Positions 24,201 to 40,600 of a stretch of DNA of 64,000 bases are shown one piece after another. The notes under the pieces are model-generated. The model did not search any database. It saw only the letters and a list, made by a program, of their open reading frames with translations, and was not told the DNA's origin. The translations under genes and the position numbers were made by a program. Each line of letters opens with the position of its first letter. The first letter of the stretch is position 1. Source of the stretch: Balanoglossus misakiensis (taxonomy: Eukaryota; Animalia; Hemichordata); assembly GCA_040954595.2 (NCBI GenBank), contig CM082594.2, positions 6,023,962 to 6,087,961 of the forward strand, in the 5' to 3' direction.

Positions 24201-27200
24201 AAGGAAAAATAAAGCGATGAGGAGAAATGCATTTTTAACCTGAAAAGGGACACAGGGCCTTCAGGGCGTGATTTGATCAAAGTGTCCCGTACAGCGACGA
24301 GCGCATATCGTGTTGTTGATTTTTCCCTCTCGCTCCCACTTTCTCCTCAAAAGAGAGCAACGGTTACAATGTAGGACGTGATTGGAGAAAGTATAGCGAG
24401 TACGCCATGCCGCGAAAAGCGGCGCTGGGTGCGTGACTTTCATGAAAGGGGGAACGTGATGCACGGACGGAACATTTGATATCATTGCCCCGCGGCGAAG
24501 AATGTGACTGAATGGTACAATAGAGGGATGCGGCTGAGAGCAAGGCATCTTTAGTAATAGCGAGAGAAGATGATTAGGGACGGAGCTAGTTCTGTTGCGC
24601 GCACTGAATCATTCAAAGGACTCTGGAGACGCGGACGAGAGACCCGCGGTGCGATTGTGCAGCTGCATAATTAATTTCGTCGCTCAAAATCTCCATCGCA
24701 AAGGCGGTCTTAAGAATAAGGCCATTACGGATAAGAATGTAAAGATCTTAGCACCGATGATGATAACAAAATGGCTGCGAATGATAAACAGTAGGTGGTG
24801 CGAACGATACGACTATTTTCAGGACTGCATTTCCATTGTTTTGATCTTTTCATGAAATATTCAATATATGTCCGAGCAGCATGACTCTAACTATGCTATT
24901 AAGTGTCCCAGCCTATATGTCCTACATAAGCTGTGGTATCTCGTTGTTCCCCACTGCATGATACGAGTAAAAAACGGTTTTTGCTTCGGCTGCGTGTGTT
25001 TCCGAGGGTGCATTATTCAACATGGCCGACGAGCGAAAAACCGTCGCCACTCTTGATCTTCAAAATGCGTGCATGATCGCTAGCTCCTTGAAACGTTCAA
25101 ATTGAATTTAGTTAAACTTTACAACAACCGGGGAAAAGTAGCTTGAAAGCAAACCTATGTCCGACTTAAAAGTCGCAAATTAGATTCCAGATTATCCTCA
25201 ACTAAGGGATCGTTAATAGCTGTTTAGTCAGACGGTCGCCGAGTGCTGGCTGTTACTGAATGAGAAAGCATCAGGTGTGCGCATGCAGGAAACACGGCTG
25301 TGTCGATTAGCTTTGAATGACAGATAACAGTTTGAAAGTTAACCCGCACGCAACCAAACTGTCTGGGGTTGATTGTCCACCATACATCAATTAGCGAGTG
25401 CGACGGTAAGTCAGAAACAAACGATAAAATCAACACACGCTTTGCTTTTCGGGCAGCACGTCATATTGCCTTTGCGCATGTGAAGAGAGTCTATAGCGTA
25501 TACCTCCACGCATGTTTCGCCCGTGGAAGTTCACCCCATTCCCCCTTCAAGTTAACCGTTGACTCTGGGGCGGACCTACCCTGTTCACGAGCGACACGGC
25601 TCGGTAACGAGGGCAAAAGTCACTACTTGGAGATCAGCGTGAACAAACTGTGGACCGCCACAGTACAAGTTGGACCGTGGAATTGATTGACTAGACAACG
25701 TGAAGATGTCCGTGACGAATCATTGCCGCAATTAGACGGTGACAACGGTGACAATGGACAGAAGAGACAGTCTTTTCACCGCCAATAGACACAACACTAA
25801 TCTCTGCGACAAAGGGTCTTTCAAGAGGTCTCTTCATCTGCCGTGGTAGCGTGTCTGCGCTGGTGCTGTAATTTAAAGCACCTCCACCTCTATTTTGCCG
25901 CAAACAATGGACAAGATAAACAGAGGCCATTGTTTCCCGTTGTTGAAGTGACAACAAAGAAAATCGTTCAGCCATGACCACATGTTAAAGAAGACAGGAT
26001 ACAACACGTATACCCTTTGTTCGCTCATCATTACTTATCATGTCTGTTTACTTTCGCGCGACGCACACCGTTCGGCATAACTACAGCCTGGCAACCTACC
26101 ACTGTGATTTTTTAAAAACAATCCAACCAGTAGTTTTTAAATTATTTGACTATTTTCACATTTTGCAACTCACTTGAATTTACATGTACATGTAGTGTGC
26201 TTATGGTACCATATACATTGTAACACGCGAATTCTAAAACGGCTACATTTGTGTTAGCCCACAGCCATTTGTCTGTGGTTAGCCTCAAGTGATTGCATTT
26301 GCAAATAGGGCCCAGAAAGGTCGGCAACATCTGTCTGTTGCAAACCCCAATGTAAAACTTTCTAAATATCATGAGTTCCTATCTATAACCTTGCGACTGT
26401 GAGACACACGACACGCATACAAATCCAACATCATCTTTGCCCAGCTCGTGTAGTAACACAACACCCGAATCCCCGTTTAAACGGCTCCATTTTGTCTAAT
26501 ATAGTGTTGAAGGAACGGTGATTACGCATTCATTTAAATTCATATGAATGTCAACAAGGTAGGCTGTCTCCTGATAAATCATGTATACACCAGTTAACTC
26601 TAGGTCTAAATCCGTAGCTGTTACACATGCATGATTTATACAAACGGAACCGATGCTGTTGTGTGTATGTTAATTCGTCAAGGTATCTGGTTGATCAGTG
26701 TTAGTTCATTAGTCGTTCGTGAGCAAGTATGTAGCAGCCAGGAAGACGTAACAAAACGTTGGAAAAATAACGCAGGTTTGCAGCTATCACTAGATTTCAA
26801 GCTTTTAGTTCTCACATCTACGCATCAGTTTTTATTATTTCCGCATCTGGTTATATCGACATCCGGGAAACACGATGCCAATACTCTGAAGGGGCGTGAA
26901 TAATCCGCAGAGGACCGTGGGAAATTGAAAAAAAAATAGTCATGGTTTCTCAAAAGCTTGCTCTAATATGAATTTACGTTTTCTGCGTGCTCGAGAACTC
27001 TCGGCTAACGCTTTGTATCCCATTCTGAGGTTAAGCGAAGATATCGCAAATACGTCATTAGTGTCCATCTAATTTAAACTCGGCGTGAACTTGCATCGCA
27101 CTGTCATGATTTGCAAGAATAGAAGGAGAGAATGCAAAACATTTCTATTCAACCGCACCTGCCGTTTTCCTCTGTTCAGGTGAGCGGGTTTTTACCTTAA

Positions 27201-30200
27201 TTTCCAAGATAAGATTCGCACGATGTGATCGAGGCAATATCAAACCGCGCCGGAGCTAATCATGCTAGCAGATCGATATTTCTTCCGGATGAAAAAAGTC
27301 TATCTCTCTGCCGCAGCGGACGTTTCAAATACAGCGGCTGGTTTCTCCACTTAAATTCAACGCTTCGGGTAGACATCCCGGGAGAGTTGAACTCGGCTTA
27401 TTTTAAATAACCGTGATCGCTAAGGAGCCCCAGTAGGATCGCTCCGCCATTGCACAGGTCTCGACCGATCTGCAAAACTATTCGTTTACTTCCTGGCGAC
27501 CTATCAATCCGACGGATATTGAACGACCGCAGCCGTGGAAACCCTTGAAGTGTCATGGCTAACGAGCACTCCTGCCCTAAATAAGACTCTCCTGAGCGTG
27601 TCCGGAAGCAAAGTTGATGACAAGGTCGCTAGTTTTAAGTAATATTAACGTGTTCACGTGACAAAACCCAGTTTACAGTCAATCTCTGTCGCGATGACGT
27701 ACGCTCTTCTCTCGAAAGATATCGTCAGTGTACAGCCATTAGGATAGAGCGCTGTAATTCACGCCAAGTTTAGTTAGCTTCACCATTATGACTTCATTCA
27801 TTCATTCATTCATTCACCCATTCATTCTGTGGAGAGCATAACTCCAGAGGCATAACCCAAATTTCTCGGGTGACACTGAGCAAATTGGCAAACTTAGCTG
27901 CAACATACGAATACACACTAGACAACAGTAGCAGGGTGATTTCGTCGCCATGTTAATATAGATGTAGCAACGCCCATCAGGACAACATTTCAATGCTTGA
28001 TGACTTGTTTGAGAGTTTTCCTCCGAATGCGGTGCTCTATTATGGTGTGATCAAATACATGTATTCACCATACGGTTGAAAAGGTTGATTTGCCCCTTTG
28101 AAAGGCCTGTTATGAGTTTTACAGCACAATAGCTGTCTTACACCTCCATGATCGTAATACAATTCATTCATTCGTTGTCAAACAAACTAGCAATATCTAA
28201 AGTGCTCTGGTTATTGCAAAACTAATTAGAATCCCTTACACCACTTAGTTGGCTCTTTGTACGTGATATTAATAATCCAAATCAGTTTAAAGGGACAGTG
28301 ATACACTTTATGTCAGTTTAAAGGGGCGGTGATGCACCCTTTGGTTATCACGTGCAGTGTGGTTGTCTCAAGTTCATTTCGAACAAAACAACACCGAACT
28401 AGCGTATAGGCGGGAACCGCCGACCTTGATCTTGAAATGCATGTGGTACAAACGTGTCATTATCGAGCAATTACCCCGAATGCTGACCCAAATAACTGTC
28501 AGAAAGATGAAACGCGGCAGCAGCTAAAAGCTATGCCTTTCACTCTCGCGCCGTGTACCTCCTGCCGACGTGCCGAGTTCAAATTGGTCGGAATTGACTG
28601 AGCGGGGATGTACGATGATTGCCAAAGGCAAGGTCACCCGTTTCCGTCGCCCAGTCATGTCCCAGTACCCTGAACAATTATCTTCACATTCAAGTGCAAT
28701 AGCTTTTACCAACAGCCGATGGACATGGGCAAGTGTGGTTTACCGCGACCAACAAGGTTTTGTTACCCATCCCCCCCCGAAAACCACAACAACAACAGCA
28801 ACACACTGTGCTAATTTTTGCACGGTAACGAAACAGCGCATCCACCAAATGAGTCATTTCGTTTACTGTTCGCGAGTTTTAATAATCCACTGCCCCTTAA
28901 TTGGGTCATATGTTGCCAGAGTGTCGACACGTGACGAGCGTAATGACTTTGAATATGTTCTTCAATTCTCCGTCATTTGCATGTCAGTCTGCCCGAGGTC
29001 GATTCAGTTCAGGTGGACATTCATGGGATGGTTCTGAAGCCATGCGAATATCGCGGGCAGAGTTATGCTCGATAAATGCTATCTATTGAAAGGGCAAAGC
29101 AATGCACGGTCAATCGGAAACGGAGACTAAACCTAAGACCACGTTTGCTTCATACATACATAGATTCATACATAATATTCCACTTTTGGAGTCTTTGCTT
29201 TTCTTGTAAAGATGATTTCGCCTGAAGAAATAGGGCTTTGTAGGTCCGCATTAGCGGAGCGGAATTCAATACAGCGCATTAGTGGAACAGAATTCAATAC
29301 AACCCAGGCTTCAACAACTGAAAATATCCACTATCATTCGGTTTAATTGAGTATAGCGACTTCGAGGAAGGTCGTAATTACTTCTAACAAGGCGGTTGGG
29401 AATCTGGCAGCCGATCAAACGGGTCATCGATCCAGATATTCACGTCGGTAGCTCCTATCTGTTCCCTTCAATTAGCAGATGGAAAGCTTTTCTTTTCATT
29501 GTGGCGACTGTCACGGTAGGCACCCCGGGGGCAGGCTATCAAAACCGTATCACACACATGCGAGCCTTGGAGTATGAATCTCTCAAGCAGGCGAGTTTCA
29601 TTTTTTTTCTCAAGCACGCCAATAAGAGCGTCCGACAAATCAAGCTATTTTCAGCGTACGAGCGTCGGCGATCGTCAAGGAGAATCTGAGTTACAATGCA
29701 ATTTCAGAGACTTTAATCATCTTCCCCAGTCACCCCACAAATAATATTGACAAGGCCCGTTATTAGGTTCCATGCCTGCTGAGGCCGAATATGGCATCGA
29801 GAATTCCCAGCCCCGCCCATCTGTCACGTGATATTACCTGGCTTTTGCTTTGCTTCCATCACATGCTTCTGAAACGGGGGTTATTTGTGGCCAATCAAAT
29901 TGCCCCGATTGAGAAAATTTTCACAATTTTTAGGTACAATGTAGTTATTTTGGGGTTTAATAACAAGTTTCTAAATCTTTTCTTAGAGGTGTAATCCCAA
30001 CTGGTAGTTGTTTGGTCTACACCGGAAATTGCGTCACCGAAGAATTTGCATATGCAAGTTGTGAAAGTAGATGGCTTTGATGGTCAGGGATTCGGCACAT
30101 TCCATTGATCAGGACAGCATAACTTATCTCAAGTAAACTGTCAAAACATTAACAAGCTATCTATTAGTCTGTGCGTTTAAATTCCCATCAGTTTCTACTG

Positions 30201-33200
30201 TTACAGTTATTTCCATTCTTATCAACACTACACTGCTTTAGTGAGCAGAATTTTAACAATCTGACACAATTGGAAAGTTAGTTTTAGCGTGAAAAAAAAA
30301 TCAAATCCTGCAGTTGTGCCCCATGAGAATGTGTGTCCAATAACTGCGATGTCATTTATTGCGGCAACACAATGTACATGGTGGTTACAGCATCGTGATA
30401 CCGGTATTTGGAATGTAAAAAGTAATTCTACGCCGAACAATATCACCTGAACAAACACACATGTGCTCGCGTGTTTTATCTGCAACCAGAATCGCGTTAA
30501 TTTTAGAAAATAATGACGGGTGAAATAGCATTATGTTCCACTAGGGTTAGGGAGAGCTGCAATGCGAGAGACACAAATATAAGCGGATAAACAGAGGCAG
30601 GTGGGAGGGACGATATTGGGTTGGCGGAGTGGCGGAGGCGTGGGTTTAGTAGTGTTAAGGTTACGTATGTGGGTCATTTGGCAAAATGGGATTTTAAGGA
30701 CATAAATGACTCGCGGAACAACACTATTTGCAAATACTTCCTGGTCTCTCAGTTATGCCTGGGACTTCATTGCGGGAGACTGGTGCGTTTACCGCCCGTT
30801 TTATGTGCCGTATTTATCAATTAACTTAAAATGGCGAAGCAGGCAGTAAAACCTCTCAATTGAATATAGTAGTAGAACAAGACTCCCACACTGAGAAAAA
30901 AAAATCAGTTTTTTTATGACCTCGGCTGGGCTGGTTTGTAGTCTCGCCTGCTAATACAGTTTATGATCAACACATAAAACATTTGAGAGCTTCAGGAATT
31001 TCATGTCTGTTTGCGACAGGGGTGACGAGAGCCGCTTGCTCTAAAGCGGAACGGTAACGCTATTATAGATTATGACTTCATATACACGCGGAACAAACAC
31101 GGCAGTTTTGCATCATCGGCTTCCGATTGGTTCAACGCTAATATGCGACTCCAGTATATATTGTGTGATTTCCTCTCACTCAGTGCGATACAGTTTGATC
31201 GAAATATGAGGGCTTAAGTTATCAAATAGGTGAATCGCCCACATTCTCAACAGAGAACACGACGACGGTAACCGCGTACCTGAAAGTGGGTCGTCTGAGA
31301 CAAGCATAAGCGGGTGAAACACACCGCGGAAGAATGTTGTGATCTTAAATTCGGCATCGTGTACACCCCGGGAGATTCAGTAGGCCATAACGATATGCTC
31401 AGACAGTTTCCCGATGAGTCAATTTAACAAGGGTAATCACGATGTCTAGGAAATACCCTAGCTCTAACGATAAGGTGAACAAGGCTACAGAAATGAATAT
31501 CTAAATTTTCTGAGTGCACAACGTGGTGGCTGGTATAGTATATTAAACCGTGGCGATTTAAATAATCAAGCCCGCATCTGCACTGCCATATGCTTCGGTA
31601 TTTTTTCGCCCTGTGCAGCTGACGTTGGAATTCGTTGGAATTATTGTAGAATGATCAACACTGTTACAAAGTAGCTCTGGTGAATATATAAATCGATTAA
31701 AATCCTTCCAGCGCACAGGGATGAAAACTCTTTTTTCCATTTTCATTTTAGAGCGTTTCATTCAAGTTTCCTTGCTATTCATCGAACGACGCTTTCTCCC
31801 GCAAAATCGACACATTTCTTTTCAGATAAAGCTCAATAATTCTTTAATCGGAAAAGCGGTGATATCCCTGTCATATCCATGGGCCTGAACTTGGCAGGTT
31901 TAAAGGGTGAGGGTCGTTGCAACTGCACATGCGCGAGACAGTGCATTCACCAATAGGCTGGCTCAGCGCAAGGTAATGGCTGCTATTTTTTGCAGCCTAT
32001 TTGTGTTGCCTGTTATTAAGATGCTACTGCTGGCTGCTTAATGTCATTAGATGAGAAGTCACGAGTATGCATTGGAATAGGAAACATAAATAAATAAAAA
32101 TTTATTTTCGATTAATCTAGGTGTAATTGCCTTTTAATAAGTAATCATCTGAAGGATTCACGTTGCTAAAGTTGTGTCTAGCGGAATATGGGTGTGCCCC
32201 CTTGTTCGCTGTCATGCATTCCGGTTTGCTATCGGCGAGTGTCGCCATATGCGCCGAGTCCAACGTCGGACGTGCGCATTTAAAGGCGACGTCGTTTCTG
32301 GACTGACACCATGCGGGCAACACGGTCCTTTCATTTGGTAACCATTGATATAACACAAACTCTGACAAACATTTTTTTTCACTTATCGATATTCATACAC
32401 CAGGCTTAAGTGTTGCCATATGTGTTTGGCTGTATGTGCACTGGCACAAATTACTGATTGTACATCAAGATTTGTCGACAGCGTGAATTCTGAATAGCTG
32501 ATCTGAATACAAGCGCGCCACAAAGGCCGGTACTCCTGTTGGTATAGCAACAAGTCGTCTCAAATGCATATGTACGTGTTATTACATTCAATGTTACTTT
32601 CTCTGCCTCTAAGCTGTGTCGGTAATGACACGTCCACCACGTACTCAACTATCCGTGTATAAAACTTTAAAGCAAAGTTCAAATTCTGACTCGTTTGAAC
32701 AGCGCCCCCATCACTGCACCCGAGAACTAACAGGCTGGTGTTACAACAAATATCTCCTGAAACGTCTGTGCGGTGATGGTTAATGGACGAATGCAAATTT
32801 TGTATTATTTTTCACTAAGCGTAATATAGCGCCTATAATAAAATTCTACATAGGCGGCCTTATTTTGGGGTGCAACCTGAGGATTATTGCTACGCTCACA
32901 GTCACTCGTACATGGCTATTACAAGTGTTGTAGTAGAATAACACAGCATAACTTTCGTATTAAAATCACCGTACAAGACGCAGCCATTGAGGCTTGAATA
33001 ACACTGCAATACAGGCGTAATCTAGCATACAGTACCACTCTAGGTTTATTATTAGTTTTCAATAGGCCTAGCCCTGTGACGTAAGGGTCTGATGCTGTAG
33101 CTGGCGGAGTAATTTTGTCGTTGCCTCGCATCCCAAACCCGATATGTGCCATCTGGCAGGTTTATTCTGGAATCAAAACCGCGATATTGATCAACTGAAG

Positions 33201-34634
33201 TCACCAAGGCTGCGCACATTAAATCTAATACGCTCCGCATTTGGGGCAATATTTGGAGTTATCATTGGTGTATTAGCTCGTGTCAATTCAAATTACCGAG
33301 CGGAGGGAGAGTTTTATCGGATATATTTGCGGGAGATATCGCCCGATAATTGCGCAGACGAGTGCTAAATTGGTCACCGGATTGTTCTGTGATTCAATAA
33401 CAAGCGGCGAGGCATCGTCATCGAACACGACCGACCAAAGCGAAGGAATCATTCTAACCGACAGTTGAAGCTGAATGAAGTCAGACGAAATAAAATATTC
33501 ACAGAGTGACCTTGCTCGGTGGGCAAGCTGGCAAATACGAACGCCTGTGGTCAATCAGTTGACGGGGTGTTATTAATTTCACAATTAACACTTTCAATTA
33601 AAAGGACATACCGTGTTTGTTATTATTGCTAATGGGGGTGGGGTCATGCACTGGTTGTGAAATAACACAGGAATGAGCGGTAGGCCTATATTCAAGTGAG
33701 TAATTACGGTTACATAATTCATAAACAAGTTCAAATCAAGCCTGTCAGCACTGGGCTTGGCGACGTGGACTTTGGCGATCCGTCTAACACAGCACACGAT
33801 TTTTTGCTGCAGTGTTCAACTGCACACAATCTGATCGCAATTAGGGCTTGGGTAGATCCGCTGTGCGGGCGGGTACGGTATGAGCCACACATGTGCGGCA
33901 CTGAGGCTTCTTTCAAGGGACCCCCCCCCCTACAAAGCAATTGAAAACACCCCTTTCACACACCACTTCGGTAGTCACAAAGATGATAAATCGAACATCT
34001 CGTCTATAATGGAGTCGCAGTAAGATTGCCCTACGAGACAAACTGCAATTACGAAATCATGAAAGCCTGTACGTGCACGATGTTTTCCCCCGTCCTCTAA
34101 GCGCATGTACTCAGCATTATAGACAACACGATTACTTTTCACTTCCCCAGTCTGTATTCCAAGCCACAGCTGGTGATAATGTGTAATTGTTTTTTTATTC
34201 CGTGCTAGGTAACATTCTGTCGAGATTTCGCAGATGGGATCGCCTCGTCAATGACCGTACTTATCGTTGATTTCGTCAAACTTTGGACGTTAATGCGTTC
34301 AATGCCGCTGCACACGTCCGTCTAATTTGTCGCGAGATAGTCTCCTTCACATCATCCTCTTGTCGTTGAATGGGTTTTTGTAAAGTTTGATGGCGAACAG
34401 TTAACTATAAGATCGTTTGCTGCCGAGGAACATTAGTACTACGTAATTTTGCCTCGGTCTCAGCTTGAGACATTTTTTGAGCTCGACAGCAATTTTACCC
34501 CGAGTGCAGAATATGCATCATGGTAGTGGGGATATGTAATTAATATATAATTTGTTAAACACTGACCATGCCACTGTACACCATTGCTGTCTACATTTAA
34601 TCTAGGTGTGGATAAGGAAACTCCTGAGATACTG

Positions 34635-34672
<38 letters not shown>

Positions 34673-37600
34673 ACCTCCCTCTTGCAAAGTCTGTGGAGGC
34701 GTGTACCAATGTGACAACATGGGTCACGTGCTCTTAAAGTACAGCCAACGTTGCCAAGGTGTTCATTCGGACCACAACACGACGCTACGATTATCTGATG
34801 TGGCCCAGTACACAAACACGACAATTAAGTTTAACTCGACAAAAGTTAGACTTTACTCTACAAAGATAGCATATCGCGGACGGTTCGCAAGACCTTGGGG
34901 TAAAAAGGACAAAACGGCTGCCATAACCGCGCGACAGAGGAATTCCTGTCGTTATAAACCTGGATGAATTGCTATACCTGCCCGTTGACAGGTCCCTACC
35001 AGAAGTACTGCGTTAAGCAAACACGACCGGCGCTCGCAGTTAATTGATTTCTCGTCAATCAAAATCAGTGCATGTCAAGCAAACTTGACCATTATATACC
35101 CACGATGTTCAAACAAGCACGCCCAGGCAGATAGCCAAGGCCAAGGGTACGTCCCGTGAGAATTGGACGACCTAAACACGACCGACCTACACGATGAAAT
35201 CAAATAAATATGACAGCTAGGCATATTATTTTTCGGGCTGCCTGTGCTATGAGTGTCGGTTTGTACTAATAAACCTTGACGTTGGTTTGACCGTGCCAAC
35301 ATCCAACGTGGGTGTTCGCGTTCACACGTGCACGTAAACCTCTCCAGCCAGGCGCCAACATTTTTTGGCCTACTTCAAACGCGGCTGCAGTTCTTCAGCA
35401 GAAAGAAGTATGCCGAGATGAACTTTCCGCATACTGGACATATTAATGGACCTCAAAAAATTATATATGGTCTGTACTTGCATAGATTTATATGACGTCG
35501 ACTCAGATTGACTGACACAGTAAGGAATGTCACTGCCAAGCCACGAGGCTTACAAGTTCACCCGACCAACCTCACCCTCAAATCTGTCAACGTTCCACAT
35601 GAGGGGAAAACAAGAGTAAGAAACAAGAGAAATACAAGATTCATCATGTTTGTACCACTTAAACGTTACTGTAAAATATCGGAGGTATGTCGCCAGGACT
35701 ACAAGGGCCCGCCTTCAAAGCTCTCGGGTTCTGAAAAGTCAACCCAACCCTACAAAAGAACTATACAGTGTCTCCCGCGAATGCCAGAATTCGCTCTGAA
35801 CTCTACTACTTCTTGTTACCTATAAAAGGTATAGTTGGATAATGATTTAGACACAGACACGTTGCTTTAGACCCTTTGCTGCTGGGTGGAGTTTAAAGAT
35901 TTAGAAAAAAGCACGCAACGCTCGAGGACATGTTTAATTCCTGAAATTCTCGGGGATTCTTAAGACTAACAAGTACAGCTGCCTCCTAAAATCGACGTGA
36001 TTTGCTCAATATTCGGCGATTTCTTGTTTTAATCACCTCACGTATTCCCAAAGCATCCGAAGACAAAAATCTCCGCTTGCCATTAAATCACACTTTACTG
36101 GATACATCTTAAACCGTATAAGAGTATGTCGTAATCACCGATTTTCAGCTCTCTGCGACAAATTAACGAGAGTTGCATGATGAGAACGACTCCATATTTT
36201 GTGAGTTTTTATGTCTACGTTTTTCATGTTGACCTTAGACAACGCTATTTATGATTTTTGGTTGTATGTGGTAAGTTGATGAACATCGCCCTTGTTTGCA
36301 ATGATGATGATGATGATGATGATGGTGCGATGATGATGACGACGACAAGGACGATGATGAGCATTCGACATATTCATTCTAACCCGGCCTCCGAACTGAG
36401 AAGCCTCAAGGAACGGACAAGCACGACGTCGACTAAAATGACAACTGTAATAATGAACATTTTTCTTTCTTTTCTAAAAATCGTTATAAAGCACCGCCAC
36501 TGGGCAAGAAATAGAACAGACAACCGTTGTCGCCGATAGCGATAACAGCATAATTGAAGATTGTCTTTTCGGGGCAAGGAAAAATTTGTCGTGGGAGTAT
36601 CGAATGACAAATATAATGAACTCAAACCCCAAATCAACCCCAGGGCTAACAAAAAAATTCTATGCCCATTCGAAATTCCCCCATCCATCGTTCGTTACAT
36701 CGTTTCTTACTATTACGTGCTCGGCTTTATCGAAGGAACGTGCAACAATGGACAGACTACCTGACAAGCGCGTGAAATGTTAGCGCCCTGCGGCTGTTAT
36801 CTTAATCGTCCTCAATTATTGTGTCACTGTGAAAAAATAAATCAATCAAGGGCAGAGATCGTCATACTAAAACTGCCATGACTCATGTTATCAATACGTC
36901 GAATTACTGCACTGACATCTGGCTTGGCAAGCATGCCGTTGGAGCCCTATCTATCATTTTGCCTCCACAATCCTGCTCTGATTTTTGGGGTCTCCAGCCT
37001 AGTTTTTTTTATCAGCAATATGATATTGCATTAGATTTTTACAGGAAAGGTCGTTTACATGCTTCGTCTAAGTAGCAGTTATTTTGAAGGGTACTCGTGT
37101 AAGTTATTTGCCACGTTGTTGTCTATCTAATTCTCTTTGAGCCGGGCTTTTATTGGGCGGTCCGGTTTCAGATTAATTTCGAGATGTTTTGGCTATTGAC
37201 CAGGACGACTATACAAACCTCACTCTTTTGCTGAGGGAATCTTGTGCTCAGTAGTCTTTCAGTGAATACCTATACAAACTGAGCACGCAAGCGATGAAAA
37301 AATCATAGCTGGACACGTTAAAATCCTTCACACTACGACACATTAACTGCGATTTAACATCACACGTGCAATAACATCCCAAATCGAATGAACAGTGTAG
37401 TGGTATTGACATCTTCGATTTCTATTATTTGGGACCAGACAATGGTGCTGAATTTAGAAGTTGAGGAAATCCCACCATCACTTAGCCTAAGAATATCTCT
37501 TTAAGGACATCACTTCGCGATTCCTTGGTCTGCCAGGTATACCTGTCTTGCGGAGACCCGACCCGTCGGTTATTTTCTCTCCTCTCCGCTAAGGCTGAAC

Positions 37601-40600
37601 ATGCGTGCTACGTCCGGCAGTAGCAAATGTCGCCGTATTGATCCGCGGTACTTAGCGCTACTCCCGGCGTCATTAATTTTTCAAATGGTCATGAATGCAC
37701 AAATTGGGAGGACAACACATTCGACGTAATCCCTCATTGAGCGATAAAACTTCCTCTTAAACGTAGCCGTTTCGCTAATGAGCTAAAAGGCCCATGTATT
37801 GAACTTTACACAGAAACTAATACACGCGTCATAAAATCGGGTGAACTTGCTTTGTATTACAGTGGGACCTGCGTTTACAAGTAACACAGGTAACGCCAGA
37901 GAATCTGGGTCACGGCACCGAAGGCCGACTTTCCCTGCATGAGCACCTGTTATAAGGGTCAGGCGATTTTCTGACAAGCAAAGCACTGAGCCTACCGTTG
38001 TGAGCGGCCTGAGAAGGTCAAAGTTCAACAAAATGGCCGTCAGCTTCAGGCAACAGGACAAGAATGTACACAGAGGTGAAGGTATTCGCTTGTGACAACA
38101 CCCTGTAAACTATAGGATACCGAGTCGTCCAAGTTGATTATGTATTGTAAGAGAAATTGTGACGGTATTAAGACAAAGATATATAGTAATGGTATTAAAA
38201 TATCATCGGTGTACGGAGGCGTGAATCTCTGTAAACTCACTAAATACCGTCAGTTCTCCAGAAATGCACATCTCACCAAAGCCGTTCACGATATTTATAA
38301 CCATTACACAGTACTTGAGACACCTTGTCCTAATTCGCATGCACACTCAGACAATATACATTCAGCACAGTGTTCAAGTGGCTGTCATGCGTAAAAGTTG
38401 TTAAATCGGGCATTATTAACAAGTGTCTCTGCTTCTTGGTGAGTTTTTGAACAACTGTGTCATAAATCGACGACGGACGAGAGGTGAATTTCGACAGGAG
38501 AAAAATGCATTACTTTCTTCCGCGCTAATGATTACCAAGTGGTTATATATCTAAAGTGCAGGAAAGTGTATCGAGCCGAAAGGCCTACAGCGTGGTCAAA
38601 TGGTTAGGAAATTAATAAGAAAAACACACACCGAGTCGAAACTGTCATAACTCATAATAGCATAACATCACGACAGGTACATGTAAACCTATACGCGGAT
38701 GTGTGTATAGTAGAGCCCTCATAGAGAAGTGAATAGTCTTGCGAGGAGAACGACCCAATGATCCCGTTACGCAAACCAAAACAAAACAACAAGTTTCGAA
38801 ACCGACAACTTAACACTTATAATAAGGCTGGCACGCCTCTGCCCAATCTCCCCGAAATACAACCTGACAAGAGTTGAGCGAGGCCGGGATAACTGTAACT
38901 TTAAAACTTTGATGACAATTTACACCCAACGAATAACACCCACTGGTTGAGTTGCAATTTTCACACGCAGATGGTGTAAGTTTGGTTATGGGTACGCAGA
39001 AGCTGGATATACGTTGACAAAATTTCTGGAATACCGGGATTACACATTCTTTGTTTACACGGTTTGGTCAAGCCACAATCCCCCTGTCTTGAGGGACTGT
39101 GGTCAAGTTACAAGTAAACAGAGTGCCCATATAATTCCCACTGTATGGTGGAATTTGGCGTTTTAATATTAATGGGCCATGACATCAATGGGACCAATGA
39201 AGTGGTGAATTTAGAATCAGACAATTCATCAAAGCTTCCCTGTCTAAAGGGTTAAGCTGAATCAGGTTCCCTTTGGGGGTATATTCCCCTGGGCCCTGCG
39301 GTGACCAGTTGGACAAACACGTTGTTTTTTAGCTTATTTAAAAACCATCCTGCTTCAAAAGCCTTTATGTATGCCCACACGAAAGCTTTTCATCGATGTC
39401 TAACAATCGATTTAATTGAGATATCGGAATTTTTCAGCCGATGTGGGGAGTCAATTCGTAATTATCGGGTTTTGGTTGCCGACCCCTTAATTTTACAGTT
39501 GCGTGTTTTTGAGAGTATTTGGGGTTAGGGTTAATGACAACTGACGTATGCAATGGCGAGGAACTAATGACACCGCTGGGTGATGTCCGTATAGTTTGTA
39601 CCAACACAGACTGGTGTCCTGTTTGACTCTGCATCGGTCATACTGCATGTTATATTGAGACCACGTTCTCTTACATTGTATAGTGCCGACCTATCGCTGA
39701 CTCCAACATCTCTGCAAAGCTGCTTTTGGATTTCGTCTGCCCTCTATCCTTTTGTGTTAACCCACACCCTCAGATATACTGTCGTGGATTGTTCATCCAA
39801 ATCGCTTTCATATCTGTCCACTTTCTGCGCCCCCCCCCCCCTAGTTCATTAGGAACACAAGTCTGAATGCAATCAAACGCTATGAAACGCGATAAAAAAT
39901 CACAGACTCTCGTATAATAGGCCTAACGAACCGTCCCTGGCACTAACATAAAAGAATTATCAACTGCAAAAATCATGTATTGGTTGGCCTTGGTGAGCAG
40001 TACAATGCATCGCAATGCAACGCCTTCGAGCAAGCTTTGACAGGCCCGGGGGTTTAATTTTCCATTTCGGAAAATAATCATGAAAATATATATGTATAAA
40101 TCGACCAGGCCTAACAAGCGATGTGGTTTTTTATCAATAACACGCTGCCTGACAATGCTTTTCTGTGATTGGGTTGTTACTTAGCGACAGACAGCAAGTT
40201 GCCGTGGGTATTAGCAAAGTAGTTTGAAAACATGATTTTGGTGAGGAGTGTCATACACATCCAAAGGCAATTCCGGGTGTTTATGCTACTATAATTTCGA
40301 CAATGAACAGTATAGTATACACCTTTGTGGTATGCGCTCTAAATGTTACCATGTTTTCGCAAGGATTACTTGGTACGAACGACCCCCCCCCCCTCCACAA
40401 GTCGGCCCGGGCTTGATTTCACGGTACAGAGGACATGATGAGGTTTTTAAAACCACCAATTTTCGAAATAAATCGACGTGCACACAATTCAATTCCGAGA
40501 GCCCATCACAAATCCCCGCCATTTAATAAACCAACTTCTTGGTGTGTGTAACGCAATTTCCATAATTTAATATGAAGGCGCAATTGCCCCGAAACGGGAG

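Noticed and set aside
24868-25056. ORF with [12 protein letters not shown] as a possible natriuretic-like peptide
   Set aside because: Cysteine spacing does not fit the 17-residue ring, and there is no precursor structure.
30541-39536. TTAGGG-like hexamers at about 30542 and 39522
   Set aside because: At most two imperfect units each; not a telomeric array.
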